64,000 nucleotides of DNA from Bdellovibrionales bacterium (GTDB lineage: Bacteria; Bdellovibrionota; Bdellovibrionia; Bdellovibrionales; JAUICD01). The stretch spans positions 2,784,001-2,848,000 of the forward strand of contig OZ253553.1 in the NCBI GenBank assembly GCA_965262715.1. Direction: 5' to 3'. Shown piece after piece: positions 31,100 through 40,101 of the stretch; positions within the stretch are counted from its first letter, which is position 1, and every line of letters begins with the position of its first letter. A program made the position numbers and the translations under genes. Below the pieces are notes generated by a model, which did no database searches, was not told the DNA's origin, and saw only the letters and a program-made list of their open reading frames with translations.

Positions 31100-31263
31100 T
31101 AAAGAAGTAAAATATAAAAATTTTATCCCATCAAATAACTTAATGATGATTTTTATAATAATTAAAATCTCTATTGGAATTTTAATCTTAAAGTGATACA
31201 ACTCTTAAAAAGTATGCCTAAACTACTAAAAGCACCTACTGTTTGGAGTTAAAAGGTTTGATT

Positions 31264-34200
31264 ATGGTTCAATATGATGAGCAAAGAAAAAATCAATGTG
31301 TCTATACATCAACTGATTTGGTGAATTTTTTAGGGTGTCATCATGCAACCTTTCTCGATATTGAAAGCCTAACTGATAAAAAGCTATCTAAATATCTGAA
31401 AACTTCTAAAAGTAATGACTCCATAAAAGATCTATCGCAAAAAAAAGCTATCAAATATAAAAATGCCTATCTTCAAAAACTTAAAAGTAAAGGTAAAACT
31501 ATTCATCAAATCCCTGTTGATCTTAGCTTGAAAAAACGTCATGACTTAACAGTAAAGGCTATGAAATCAGGTCAAGAAATGATTTATCAAGCTGTCTTAC
31601 TAGAAAAGCCATGGCATGCTACTGTTGACTTTCTTATAAAAACTCAAAATCCGTCATCTCTAGGAGATTATAGCTATGAACCTTATAATATAAAACTAGG
31701 GCATGTAGCAAAACCTGAATATATCCTACAACTATGTACAGCCTCATATCTGCTAAAACAACAACAATCCAACCTGCCTAAATACATGCGATTAACCCTA
31801 GGTGATGGACAATCAGAGAGCTTTAAAACTTCTGATTTTTTTCATTATTATTTGTATAGCAAAAAACGCTTTGAAGATCATGTTCGAAGTTTACCCAGTG
31901 TATCTGAGCCAGAACCATGCAAACATTGTAAGTCCTGTGTGTGGAAGGAACACTGCACGCAACACTGGGAACAAAACAATCACCTCAGTCTTATTGCTAA
32001 TATTAGAAGGTCACAAACTAAAAAACTCAATAAGGCAAATATCTACACTGTAGAACAACTTGCCTCTACTACACAAAATCATGGTTTAAATCCAGATACA
32101 TTTGTAAGATTGCAATCACAAGCAAAACTGCAAACCTATAAAGCAAAAACAAATAAAGATAAATATGAAGTCATATCCTATGAAAAAGGCAAAGGCCTAG
32201 AGCGTATACCTGCTCCAAATGAAGGTGATCTGTTTTTTGATATAGAAGGAGATCCTTTTTATCCAGATGGGCTAGAATATTTATTAGGTGTATGTACTTA
32301 TAAAGAAAATAGCTTTAAACCTTTTTGGGGACATTGCCATAAAGAAGAAAAAGGATCTTTTTTAAAGTTTATGGCTTTCTTAGAAGATCACTTCCGTAAA
32401 TATCCAAATGCTTATCTGTATCACTATAATCACTATGAAACAACAGCACTCAAACGCCTTGCTTGCCGGTATGCTGTCTGTGAACAACAACTTGATAATC
32501 TTTTAAGAAAACAAAGGTTTATTGATCTGTATCTTGTGGTTCGTGAAAGTATACGTACATCACAACCAGGTTACTCTCTCAAAGATCTTGAAGCCTTTTA
32601 TACAGAACAACGAGATGATTCTGTTACTACAGCCATCGAGAGCATCTTTGTTTATCATCAATGGCAAGAATTGCGTGATGATAAATTGCTAAAAGAAATT
32701 GCTGATTATAATAAACAAGACTGTATATCTACTCATCTACTGAGAGACTGGCTTTTAAGCCTAAAAACTAACCTGTCCCCTTCTAAACAGACAGAATCTG
32801 TACGTTTAGTAAAAGAAATTAAGGAATGGGAAATTGAATATGCAGATTTTCAAATAGCTCTGAGTAGAAATTCTTCAAAAAAAAATGAACATATCACTGA
32901 CTTATTGGAATTTCACTATCGGGAAAGTAAACCGCAATGGTGGAGTCTTTTTGATAGACAAGATAAATTTGTATATGAATTGATCGAAGATCCAGAATGT
33001 CTTGGTGGATTAAAAGAAGTAAAAGATTTTCATGGAAAGAAATACCCTTCTGCTTCTACTTACAGGTTTCCACCACAAGACTATAAACTTAAAAAAGGTA
33101 GCAATATTGTTAATACATTTGATATACAATCTAAAGGGCGTATAATTGATTTAGATGATAATAATTGCATTGTAACAATTATAAAAACTAAAGGTGATTT
33201 TCCTAAAAGCTTTTCTATTGGTCCCTCAGGGCCTATAAATACCAATATCCTTCGTGAAGCTGTTTATCGATATGCAAGTCAAGCCATCAGAGGAGTAGAT
33301 CATCATCATGTTGCTACACAGCTACTTACAAATGCAATACCTAAAATAAAAGGAAAACAAAAAGGTCAATCTATTGTGTCTTCAAATGATCTGCAAACAG
33401 ATGTTTTGAAAGCTGTTATGAATCTAGATCATAGCTATTTATTTATTCAGGGACCACCCGGCACAGGCAAAACTTATACAAGTAGTCAAATTATCGTTGA
33501 TTTAATAAAAAGAGGTAAGAGAGTTGGAATCACTTCAAACTCGCATAAAGCTATTCATAATTTATTAAGATACATTGAAAAAATAGCTATAGAAAAAGGT
33601 GTGCATTTTAGAGGTGTTAAAAAAGCGAGCAATACTACAGGAGATAGTCATTTTAAAGATTCAAAGTTTATTGATAACAAAACCAATACTCAAAATATAT
33701 CAATGGAATATGACTTATATGCCGGTACGGCATGGCTTTTTTCTCATCCATATTTTGATAATTCACTGGATTATCTCTTTATTGATGAAGCAGGCCAAGT
33801 TTCTATCGCAAATGTTGTGGCAATGGCTGGTTGCTGTAAGAATTTGATTTTAGTCGGAGATCAAATGCAGCTAGGTCAGCCCATTCAAGGAATCCATCCA
33901 GGTCAATCAGGACTTTCTGTATTGGAGTTTCTACTTGGTGAAAATGCAACTGTTCCAAAAGAACAAGGTGTCCTTTTAGATAAAACATATAGATGTAAAC
34001 CTAGTATTTGTCAGTTCATTTCTAATACTTTCTATGATAGCCGCTTGATGGCCCACGAAAGCGCACAGCAACAAAGACTTGATCTTAAATCATCAAACTT
34101 GCCTAATGAAAGTATTGTAATGCTTGAGGTTCATCATGAAAATTGTCGTCAAAAAAGTGAAGAAGAAGGTCAGGTAGTAAAAGAAAAATATAATGAGCTT

Positions 34201-34587
34201 TTAGGTCAAACTTTTTATGATAAAAGTGGTCAAAAAAGATCTATTACGCAAGATGATATCCTTGTTATTAGCCCCTATAATGTTCAAGTAAATTACTTAA
34301 CTTCTTTGCTGCCAAAAGGAGTAAAAGTTGGAACTATTGATAAGTTTCAAGGACAAGAAGCACCTATTGTATTGATCTCAATGGTGACCTCTAGCATTGA
34401 AGATCTACCTCGACATATTGAGTTTCTCTATAGTAGAAATCGACTGAATGTAGCTATCTCTCGCGCTCAATGCCTAGCTGTGATCGTCATCAATCCAAAA
34501 CTGCTGGAAGTTCCCTGTCAAAATGTGCAACAAATGAAACTCATTAATACCTTTTGTCGCTTAAATGAATATGCTATCAAGCAATAA
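31264..34587 (+). CDS. TM0106-family RecB-like nuclease / RNase H-like / SF1 (DNA2/NAM7-like) helicase
   Basis: FFDIEGDP, YHYNHYE, YNKQDC, QGPPGTGKT, IDEAGQ, GDQMQL, TIDKFQGQE, RLNVAISRA. Confidence 0.9.
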   Translation: MVQYDEQRKNQCVYTSTDLVNFLGCHHATFLDIESLTDKKLSKYLKTSKSNDSIKDLSQKKAIKYKNAYLQKLKSKGKTIHQIPVDLSLKKRHDLTVKAMKSGQEMIYQAVLLEKPWHATVDFLIKTQNPSSLGDYSYEPYNIKLGHVAKPEYILQLCTASYLLKQQQSNLPKYMRLTLGDGQSESFKTSDFFHYYLYSKKRFEDHVRSLPSVSEPEPCKHCKSCVWKEHCTQHWEQNNHLSLIANIRRSQTKKLNKANIYTVEQLASTTQNHGLNPDTFVRLQSQAKLQTYKAKTNKDKYEVISYEKGKGLERIPAPNEGDLFFDIEGDPFYPDGLEYLLGVCTYKENSFKPFWGHCHKEEKGSFLKFMAFLEDHFRKYPNAYLYHYNHYETTALKRLACRYAVCEQQLDNLLRKQRFIDLYLVVRESIRTSQPGYSLKDLEAFYTEQRDDSVTTAIESIFVYHQWQELRDDKLLKEIADYNKQDCISTHLLRDWLLSLKTNLSPSKQTESVRLVKEIKEWEIEYADFQIALSRNSSKKNEHITDLLEFHYRESKPQWWSLFDRQDKFVYELIEDPECLGGLKEVKDFHGKKYPSASTYRFPPQDYKLKKGSNIVNTFDIQSKGRIIDLDDNNCIVTIIKTKGDFPKSFSIGPSGPINTNILREAVYRYASQAIRGVDHHHVATQLLTNAIPKIKGKQKGQSIVSSNDLQTDVLKAVMNLDHSYLFIQGPPGTGKTYTSSQIIVDLIKRGKRVGITSNSHKAIHNLLRYIEKIAIEKGVHFRGVKKASNTTGDSHFKDSKFIDNKTNTQNISMEYDLYAGTAWLFSHPYFDNSLDYLFIDEAGQVSIANVVAMAGCCKNLILVGDQMQLGQPIQGIHPGQSGLSVLEFLLGENATVPKEQGVLLDKTYRCKPSICQFISNTFYDSRLMAHESAQQQRLDLKSSNLPNESIVMLEVHHENCRQKSEEEGQVVKEKYNELLGQTFYDKSGQKRSITQDDILVISPYNVQVNYLTSLLPKGVKVGTIDKFQGQEAPIVLISMVTSSIEDLPRHIEFLYSRNRLNVAISRAQCLAVIVINPKLLEVPCQNVQQMKLINTFCRLNEYAIKQ

Positions 34588-34744
34588 CTGTCTTAAACTC
34601 TTATTGATTATATATTGAAATATCTTTCTTTAAAAAAACAAGCTTTCATGTCCGGATTTTAAGCATCAATATCCAACTCCTAAGACAAGTCTTCTCTTAA
34701 ATTCCCTTAAACCCTCTTAGAACTAACTTTTAACCAATATAAAG

Positions 34745-34761
34745 TTGGCATCGCTTTTGCT
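34745..34761 (+). promoter_or_regulatory. Sigma-54 promoter of a family-2 Rpn module
   Basis: TTGGCATCGCTTTTGCT. Confidence 0.75.
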
Positions 34762-34807
34762 GTTATAAATAGGCCTGAAACTTATTGTTAATTATTAATG
34801 AATAAAA

Positions 34808-34958
34808 AAGTTTTCCTTAACATTGTATAAAAAAATGAAAAGATCCTCCTTACTAAAAATAAACATACTTTTGAGGCAGTCAGCATTTTCTTGAAGGTGC
34901 AAACCTTCAGGCTGACTGCCCAAAAGTGATCAGAGATCAGTTTATTTTTAGTGAAACA
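34808..34958 (+). ncRNA. Structured stem-loop element, copy E1
   Basis: Nested stems CTAAAAATAAAC/GTTTATTTTTAG, GGCAGTCAGC/GCTGACTGCC, TGAAGGT-GCAA-ACCTTCA. Confidence 0.75.
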
Positions 34959-35174
34959 ATGCCTTCTGATTTACAATCCGTTTTTGGCTGGTCAGAGCGA
35001 TTAAAAGAGACTTTTGGTGCTGATAGTTTCAATTTTGGGCTAAATGTGGTAGATTTAAATCAGATATCTGATGAGGATATTAAAGATAAAGCTGGCGATA
35101 TAGCAAGTTTTTGTTTTGCATTCAAACATGTTTGGAATATGACACAAGCTAAGATCAGATCTGTGTTATTTTAA
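34956..35174 (+). pseudogene. Family-2 Rpn internal fragment
   Basis: Matches 36608-36820; aligns with the WNLPLSF...KKAFG region of family 1. Confidence 0.75.
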
Positions 35175-35347
35175 TTAACTCTGTCATGTCAGATAAATTC
35201 TATCAAGTTTTAACAGCCCTTGCTAATTTTCTGCCGATAGTTTCTATGTTCATAAACTATACTCTTTCCAAAAAGCTTATGCTAACTAGCAAGTAGTTAC
35301 ACAACTTAAATTATAGGAACTTATTGGAGTAGTATTAAATTAAAAAA

Positions 35348-35686
35348 TTAGGATGGCCAATGAATTATCTTTCCTTGAGTTGGAGAAATTGGATTGTCTT
35401 GCCAATGCTTAAGAAATTTTTCTACGTATCTTTTTCCTTTATATTGAGGAATTGTAATCAATACAATGGCCATACTAGAAAACTTCGTCATTTCTTTATG
35501 TGCGGATTTAGCAAAGAGGGTGTCTCTTGTAAGAATACAAGTAAAATCTGCATGACTTGCAGTAGATAAGAGTTCACCATTTTGCAATTCATTCCAACCT
35601 TGTTCATATGCCGTTTTGCATTCAATGCCCATTGATTTTAATGAGGAAACTAACTGTTGAGGAAGGTTATGATCAAGCAGCCACAT
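35348..35686 (-). CDS. DUF5615 PIN-like toxin
   Basis: MWLLDHNLP, GW..LQNGELL, ILTRD. Confidence 0.85.
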   Translation of the reverse strand: MWLLDHNLPQQLVSSLKSMGIECKTAYEQGWNELQNGELLSTASHADFTCILTRDTLFAKSAHKEMTKFSSMAIVLITIPQYKGKRYVEKFLKHWQDNPISPTQGKIIHWPS

Positions 35687-35909
35687 GATTTGCAGCAAAC
35701 TTTAGAAGTTCTGGTACACTTTCTTTAGGAAAGCCAGGGTAATCTTCAGAAATTTCTTCAGATGTCATTCCGATAGAAAGACATTCTAAAACTTGAGAAA
35801 CAGATATTCTAGTTCCTTTGACTGTTGGTTTACCACCAAGTAAGTCAGGATGGCAAACAACCCATTTGTATTCTGGATATGTTTTTATTAATTGTGTATT
35901 TTGGTCCAT
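35673..35909 (-). CDS. DUF433 antitoxin
   Basis: LLGGKPTVKGTRISV, EEISEDYP. Confidence 0.9.
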   Translation of the reverse strand: MDQNTQLIKTYPEYKWVVCHPDLLGGKPTVKGTRISVSQVLECLSIGMTSEEISEDYPGFPKESVPELLKFAANHVAA

Positions 35910-36147
35910 AGTTTATTCCATTTAGCTTTATTCATTACTTATAAGAGTACTAAAAAAAATGTGCTTTGTCAAAACCTAAAAACAATCAGAGACTTGTTTC
36001 GAGAGGGGGGGTTGTTTTTAGCCAAGCAATCTTTAAAAGAACAAGCTTTCATGTCCGGACTTTAAGCTTGACTGTCCAACTCTTAAGATAAAGTTTCTGT
36101 TAAATTTCCTTAAACTCTCTTAGAACCAACTTTTAATCAGTATAAAG

Positions 36148-36164
36148 TTGGCATTGCTTTTGCT
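36148..36164 (+). promoter_or_regulatory. Sigma-54 promoter of the second family-2 Rpn module
   Basis: TTGGCATTGCTTTTGCT; 36034-36361 duplicates 34630-34958. Confidence 0.75.
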
Positions 36165-36210
36165 ATTATAAATAGGCCTGAAACTTATTGTTAATTATTA
36201 ATGAATAAAA

Positions 36211-36361
36211 AAGATTTCCTTAACATTGTATAAAAAAATGAAAAGATCCTCCTTACTAAAAATAAACATACTTTTGAGGCAGTCAGCATTTTCTTGAAGG
36301 TGCAAACCTTCAGGCTGACTGCCCAAAAGTGATCAGAGATCAGTTTATTTTTAGGGAAACA
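36211..36361 (+). ncRNA. Structured stem-loop element, copy E2
   Basis: Near-identical to E1. Confidence 0.75.
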
Positions 36362-36444
36362 ACTAAATTAGCCTTTAAAAATAAAGATCGTTTTAGAAAG
36401 CTTTTAAAATTTGTATTAGGTTCTAAAAAGTAGAAAACTTAAAA

Positions 36445-36610
36445 AAGATTTCCTTAACATTGTATAAAAAAATGAAGAGATCCTCTTTACTAAAAATAAA
36501 CGGATTTTCTAGGCAATGACCTATTTGCTGATGGCGTAAGACCATCAGGGTCATTGCCAGAAAACTGCCAGAGGCTCGCCTCGAGAGGCAGGTTTACTTT
36601 TAGTGAAACA
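36445..36610 (+). ncRNA. Structured stem-loop element, copy E3 (variant with extra GAGGCTCGCCTC hairpin)
   Basis: GGCAATGACC/GGTCATTGCC and CTGATGG/CCATCAG stems. Confidence 0.75.
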
Positions 36611-37156
36611 ATATCCTCTGATTTACAATCCGCTTTTGGTTGGTCAGAGCGATTAAAAGAGATTTTTGGTGCTGATAGTTTCAATTTTGGGCTAAATGTG
36701 GTAGATTTAAATCAGATATCCGATGAGGATATTAAAGATAAAGCTGGCGATATAGCAAGTTTTTGTTTTGCATTCAAACATGTTTGGAATATGACACAAG
36801 CTAAGATCAGATCTGTGTTTGAGATGTGTTATCAAGATGGTAAGGATCCAAACTATCATGAGAATGCTGATATTTTAGGTAGATATATGCTTCAAGCTAC
36901 AAATTACCGAAGAGAGGAATTTGTAAAGATTGAAAATGAAGTTATTAAAGGTAAGGAGGATCAAATGATGAAAAGTACTTACGATCAATTGATTGATGAA
37001 GGGATGGAGAAAGGAATAGAAAAAGGGATGGAGAAAGGAATAGAGAAAGAGAAGGCAGAAGTAGCTTTGCGAATGTTAGAGCAAAATATGGAATTGCAAC
37101 TTATAGCCCAAACAACAAATCTTTCAATCCAACAACTTCAAAAACTTAGAAAGTGA
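36608..37156 (+). pseudogene. Family-2 Rpn C-terminal half; internal small ORF 36965-37156 intact
   Basis: (EKGM/I)n repeat, IAQTTNLS; SD AAGGAGG before ATGATG. Confidence 0.8.
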
Positions 37157-37169
37157 TTTTTTAAGATAC

Positions 37170-37605
37170 AGGCGATATAGCAAGTTTTTGTTTTGCATTC
37201 AAACATGTTTGGAATATGACACAAGCTAAGATCAGATCTGTGTTTGAGATGTGTTATAAAGATGGTAAGGATCCAAACTATCACGAGAATGCTAGTATTT
37301 TAGGAAGATATATGCTTCAAGCTACAAATTACCCAAGAGAGGAATTTGTAAAGATTGAAAATGAAGTTATTAAAAGTAAGGAGGATCAAATGATGAAAAG
37401 TACTTACGATCGATTGATTGATGAAGGGATAGAAAAAGGAATGGAGAAAGGAATAGAAAAAGGAATGGAGAAAGGGATAGAAAAAGGAATAGAAAAAGGG
37501 AAAACAGAAGTAGCTTTGCGAATGTTAGAGCAAAATATGGAATTGCAACTTATAGCCCAAACAACAAACCTTTCAATCCAACAACTTCAAAGACTTAGAA
37601 AGTGA
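37170..37605 (+). pseudogene. Tandem duplicate of the family-2 Rpn C-terminus; internal small ORF 37390-37605
   Basis: Duplicates ~36745-37160 with more EKG repeats. Confidence 0.8.
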
Positions 37606-37638
37606 TTTTTATAGAGTTTAGAGTGCAAGTGGTCTCAA

Positions 37639-37914
37639 GATGGTCGAGCAAGTGAGATAATAGACAAACTTACCCATAACTCCAACTATGTATCTATATT
37701 TATTACACATTTTCTTAACATTCCAGCAGAAAATTCTGGAGTTCTATGGAAACTTTATATCGATCTTAAGCTTTCAACTCGTGATATTGAGAAACTCACT
37801 CAATTTTCATGGTCAAAAGCCTCTATTTTAGAGGCTTTAAAAAAGCACAAAATCAAAAAAAATGTTTATACATCTACTTTTAAAAAAGGAAGAAAAAATG
37901 GAAACACTCATTAA
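37639..37914 (+). CDS. Start-less 91-codon open frame with an HTH-like segment, beginning at the att core
   Basis: DGRASEIIDK...VLWKLYIDLKLSTRDIEKLTQFSWSKASILEALKKHKI. Confidence 0.5.
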   Translation, partial: DGRASEIIDKLTHNSNYVSIFITHFLNIPAENSGVLWKLYIDLKLSTRDIEKLTQFSWSKASILEALKKHKIKKNVYTSTFKKGRKNGNTH

Positions 37915-38015
37915 AATCATTATAGCAATATCATTGCTGCTTGGATCAGGTTATTGTGCTAAAGAGATTTTATTCAATGTTGAAAAATTAACCACGGAGA
38001 GGTGAGGTGTACCCT

Positions 38016-38798
38016 TTATTTGGAGGATCCGTTCCATATTTTACTCACTTCTGAGATTCCCATTGTTGTTAATTCTCCTGTTTTCCATTTAGCTTCAAAT
38101 TCATTAGGTGATAAGTAACCTAATGAAGAATGTCGCCTTTTTTTATTATACATACCTTCGATAAACTTTGGAATACTTCTTAATACATCTTCAAAAGTTT
38201 TATACTCACACAGATGAACTTCTTCTCTTTTTAAAGAGCTAAAGAAAGATTCAACAAATGCATTATCCCAACAATTGGCTTTTCTCGACATGCTGATCTT
38301 AAAGCCTTTTTCTTTAAGCTTGTGGGTATAATCCTTACTGGTGTATTGGACACCTTGATCACTATGATGAATACATCCTTTAGCATTTGATCTCTGCTCT
38401 AAACTCATCTCTAAAGCTCCTAAACAAAGCTCTATGTTGATCTCTCTAGAAATAGCCCACCCTACAATCTTCCTTGAAAAAATATCTAAAATCACTGCTA
38501 AAAAAACAAAACCATCTTGAATCCTAATGTATGTGATATCTGTTACCCAAAGCTGGTTGGGTCTATTCACTTCAATGCCAAAAGTTAAATTCGGATAAAC
38601 TCGATTTGAATGTTTAGAATCCGTGGTTGAAACCTTAAAACCTTTGTAAATCAAAGCCTTTAAACCGTATTTCCGCATAATGCGAGCAATCCTCTTGTGG
38701 TTGGCTTTAATACTCTTCTCTTGCTCAAGTTCCAATTGAATACGACGTATTCCATACATCGGGTATTTACACTGTATCCTCTCAATCTGCTCTTTCAA
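38016..38798 (-). CDS. IS3 transposase OrfB (DDE)
   Basis: WVTDITY, HSDQGVQY, DNAFVESFF; frame is open upstream to the AAAAAAG motif at 38963-38969. Confidence 0.95.
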   Translation of the reverse strand: MKEQIERIQCKYPMYGIRRIQLELEQEKSIKANHKRIARIMRKYGLKALIYKGFKVSTTDSKHSNRVYPNLTFGIEVNRPNQLWVTDITYIRIQDGFVFLAVILDIFSRKIVGWAISREINIELCLGALEMSLEQRSNAKGCIHHSDQGVQYTSKDYTHKLKEKGFKISMSRKANCWDNAFVESFFSSLKREEVHLCEYKTFEDVLRSIPKFIEGMYNKKRRHSSLGYLSPNEFEAKWKTGELTTMGISEVSKIWNGSSK

Positions 38799-38869
38799 AT
38801 CAAAATCCTTTTGCTCTCGCTCTTGCTGCGAAAACTTCTTCTTGTAATAGTAGCTGCTTAAAGGTAATC

Positions 38870-39220
38870 CTAACGCTTTACACGTTTTTGAAATTGATCC
38901 AAATTCTTTCCAGTGATTACCGACGATCTCACGCTTTTCCTCTGCTGAAGCTCCTTTTTGGCCTTTTTTAAAAACTCGTTCTCTAGGCTCAGCTGTCCTA
39001 CCTTTGCCTGAAGAGCATATGCTTGTCTCTCTAGAGACCTCTCCCTTGATGAAGGGTTTCCCAAAGGTGTCCCTTGTTGATACTTCTTAAACCACTCTAA
39101 GATTGTCTGGCGATGAAGTTGATGCTCCCGGCAAATCTCTAACAAAGATCTGCCTTCATGCATCGATTTACAAATAGCTTCCTTAAATTCAACATTAAAT
39201 CGTCTTCTTACTTTGCCCAT
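38870..39220 (-). CDS. IS3 transposase OrfA
   Basis: RRRFNVEFK HTH; A-AAA-AAG -1 slippery site. Confidence 0.9.
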   Translation of the reverse strand: MGKVRRRFNVEFKEAICKSMHEGRSLLEICREHQLHRQTILEWFKKYQQGTPLGNPSSRERSLERQAYALQAKVGQLSLENEFLKKAKKELQQRKSVRSSVITGKNLDQFQKRVKR

Positions 39221-39319
39221 GATCTTCCTCCTGATCTTATAGCTTTTTATAGCTAAAATTCAGGAATCTCAAGTGAGTTACTTTATCACTTAACTCTCCA
39301 GTTTATGGGGTACAGACCA

Positions 39320-39928
39320 CAAACGTTTAAAACTCTTTCTGAAAGTTATCAAAGAAGAATTGAGAAACTCAAATTAGAAAACGAAAAGCTAGCCCATCTC
39401 ATAGCTAAAAATCCTTTAGCTGAGAAATTAGATAGTTTACTTTCTAAGATTAAAGATAATGAAGATCATCTCTCTCAATTAGAAGCTAAAAAGCAAGAAT
39501 TAGAAATAGGTTTACTCAACAAGATTACAAGTAAGAATATAGATTCTAACTTTATCTTGTCTGGTATTAAAAAGTTTCGCCAAGATAGTTTTCGTAAAGC
39601 CAAAGTTTCCAAGAAACGATCTATCATTCAAGAAGTTATCAAAGCTATTCATGTTCATCCAGAAAATGTCATTCAAGTTGATTTTTGGGGAAATGAACAC
39701 CAATCTAGAACCTCTAGAAAAAATTCCTTTCAGCCGGGAGTTGTATTACCTTTTCGTAAAATCGCAGGGCCTCTTGAAGCATCTTTCCATCAAAACAACT
39801 ATAAAAAAGATCGGTTTTCAGATATAAAAAAGGCTGCTGGACTTGGAACTTATGCCTTATGCCATAACGAAAATTTAATGGCCTTAGGTTCGTCCAATAT
39901 CAGAGATGGTCGGCACGACTGGATTTGA
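39320..39928 (+). pseudogene. C-terminal part of a probable large serine recombinase, truncated by IS3
   Basis: Coiled coil followed by KRSIIQEVIKAIHV...IQVDFW; reads antisense into the tRNA 3' end. Confidence 0.55.
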
Positions 39929-40093
39929 ACCAGCAAATCTCTTCCTCAAAATGGTCTCGCAAGCGACTTTCTGATTGTTAGCCAAGTGGGTTTTTATACA
40001 CCCTCTTTAAAAAGCTAACAATCTAGAAAGCATGACCATTTTGAGTATTTTATTATCATACGGATGTACGCTACCAAGCTGCGCCACGTGCCG
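39907..40093 (-). tRNA. tRNA-Pro-like gene (187 nt) with the anticodon region replaced by a ~110-nt hairpin element
   Basis: Acceptor CGGCACG/CGTGCCG-ACCA, D arm GCGC-AGCTTGGTA-GCGT, T arm GCTGG-TTCAAAT-CCAGT; no normal anticodon loop. Confidence 0.8.
39945..40059 (-). ncRNA. Structured stem-loop element, divergent copy E8 inside the tRNA
   Basis: CTCAAAATGGTC/GACCATTTTGAG, CTTTCT/AGAAAG, GATTGTTAGC/GCTAACAATC and side hairpin TCGC-TT-GCGA; same layout as E1-E7. Confidence 0.7.
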
Positions 40094-40101
40094 ATAACAT
40101 T

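Larger units (their letters stand above)
38003..39319 (-). mobile_element. IS3-family element
   Basis: TG...CA imperfect IRs; orfA/orfB; no matching target duplication. Confidence 0.9.
37638..39912 (+). mobile_element. Relic integrative element at the tRNA 3' end, bounded by a 9-bp core AGATGGTCG
   Basis: Direct repeat at 37638-37646 and 39904-39912; the latter covers the tRNA CCA end. Confidence 0.6.

Noticed and set aside
34926..36610. N-termini of ORFs 34926 and 36554, and ORF 36490-36684
   Set aside because: They start inside the non-coding structured element; only the downstream parts are Rpn-derived.
39945..40059. Group I intron in tRNA
   Set aside because: Too short, no recognisable catalytic core, and no splice restores a Pro anticodon.
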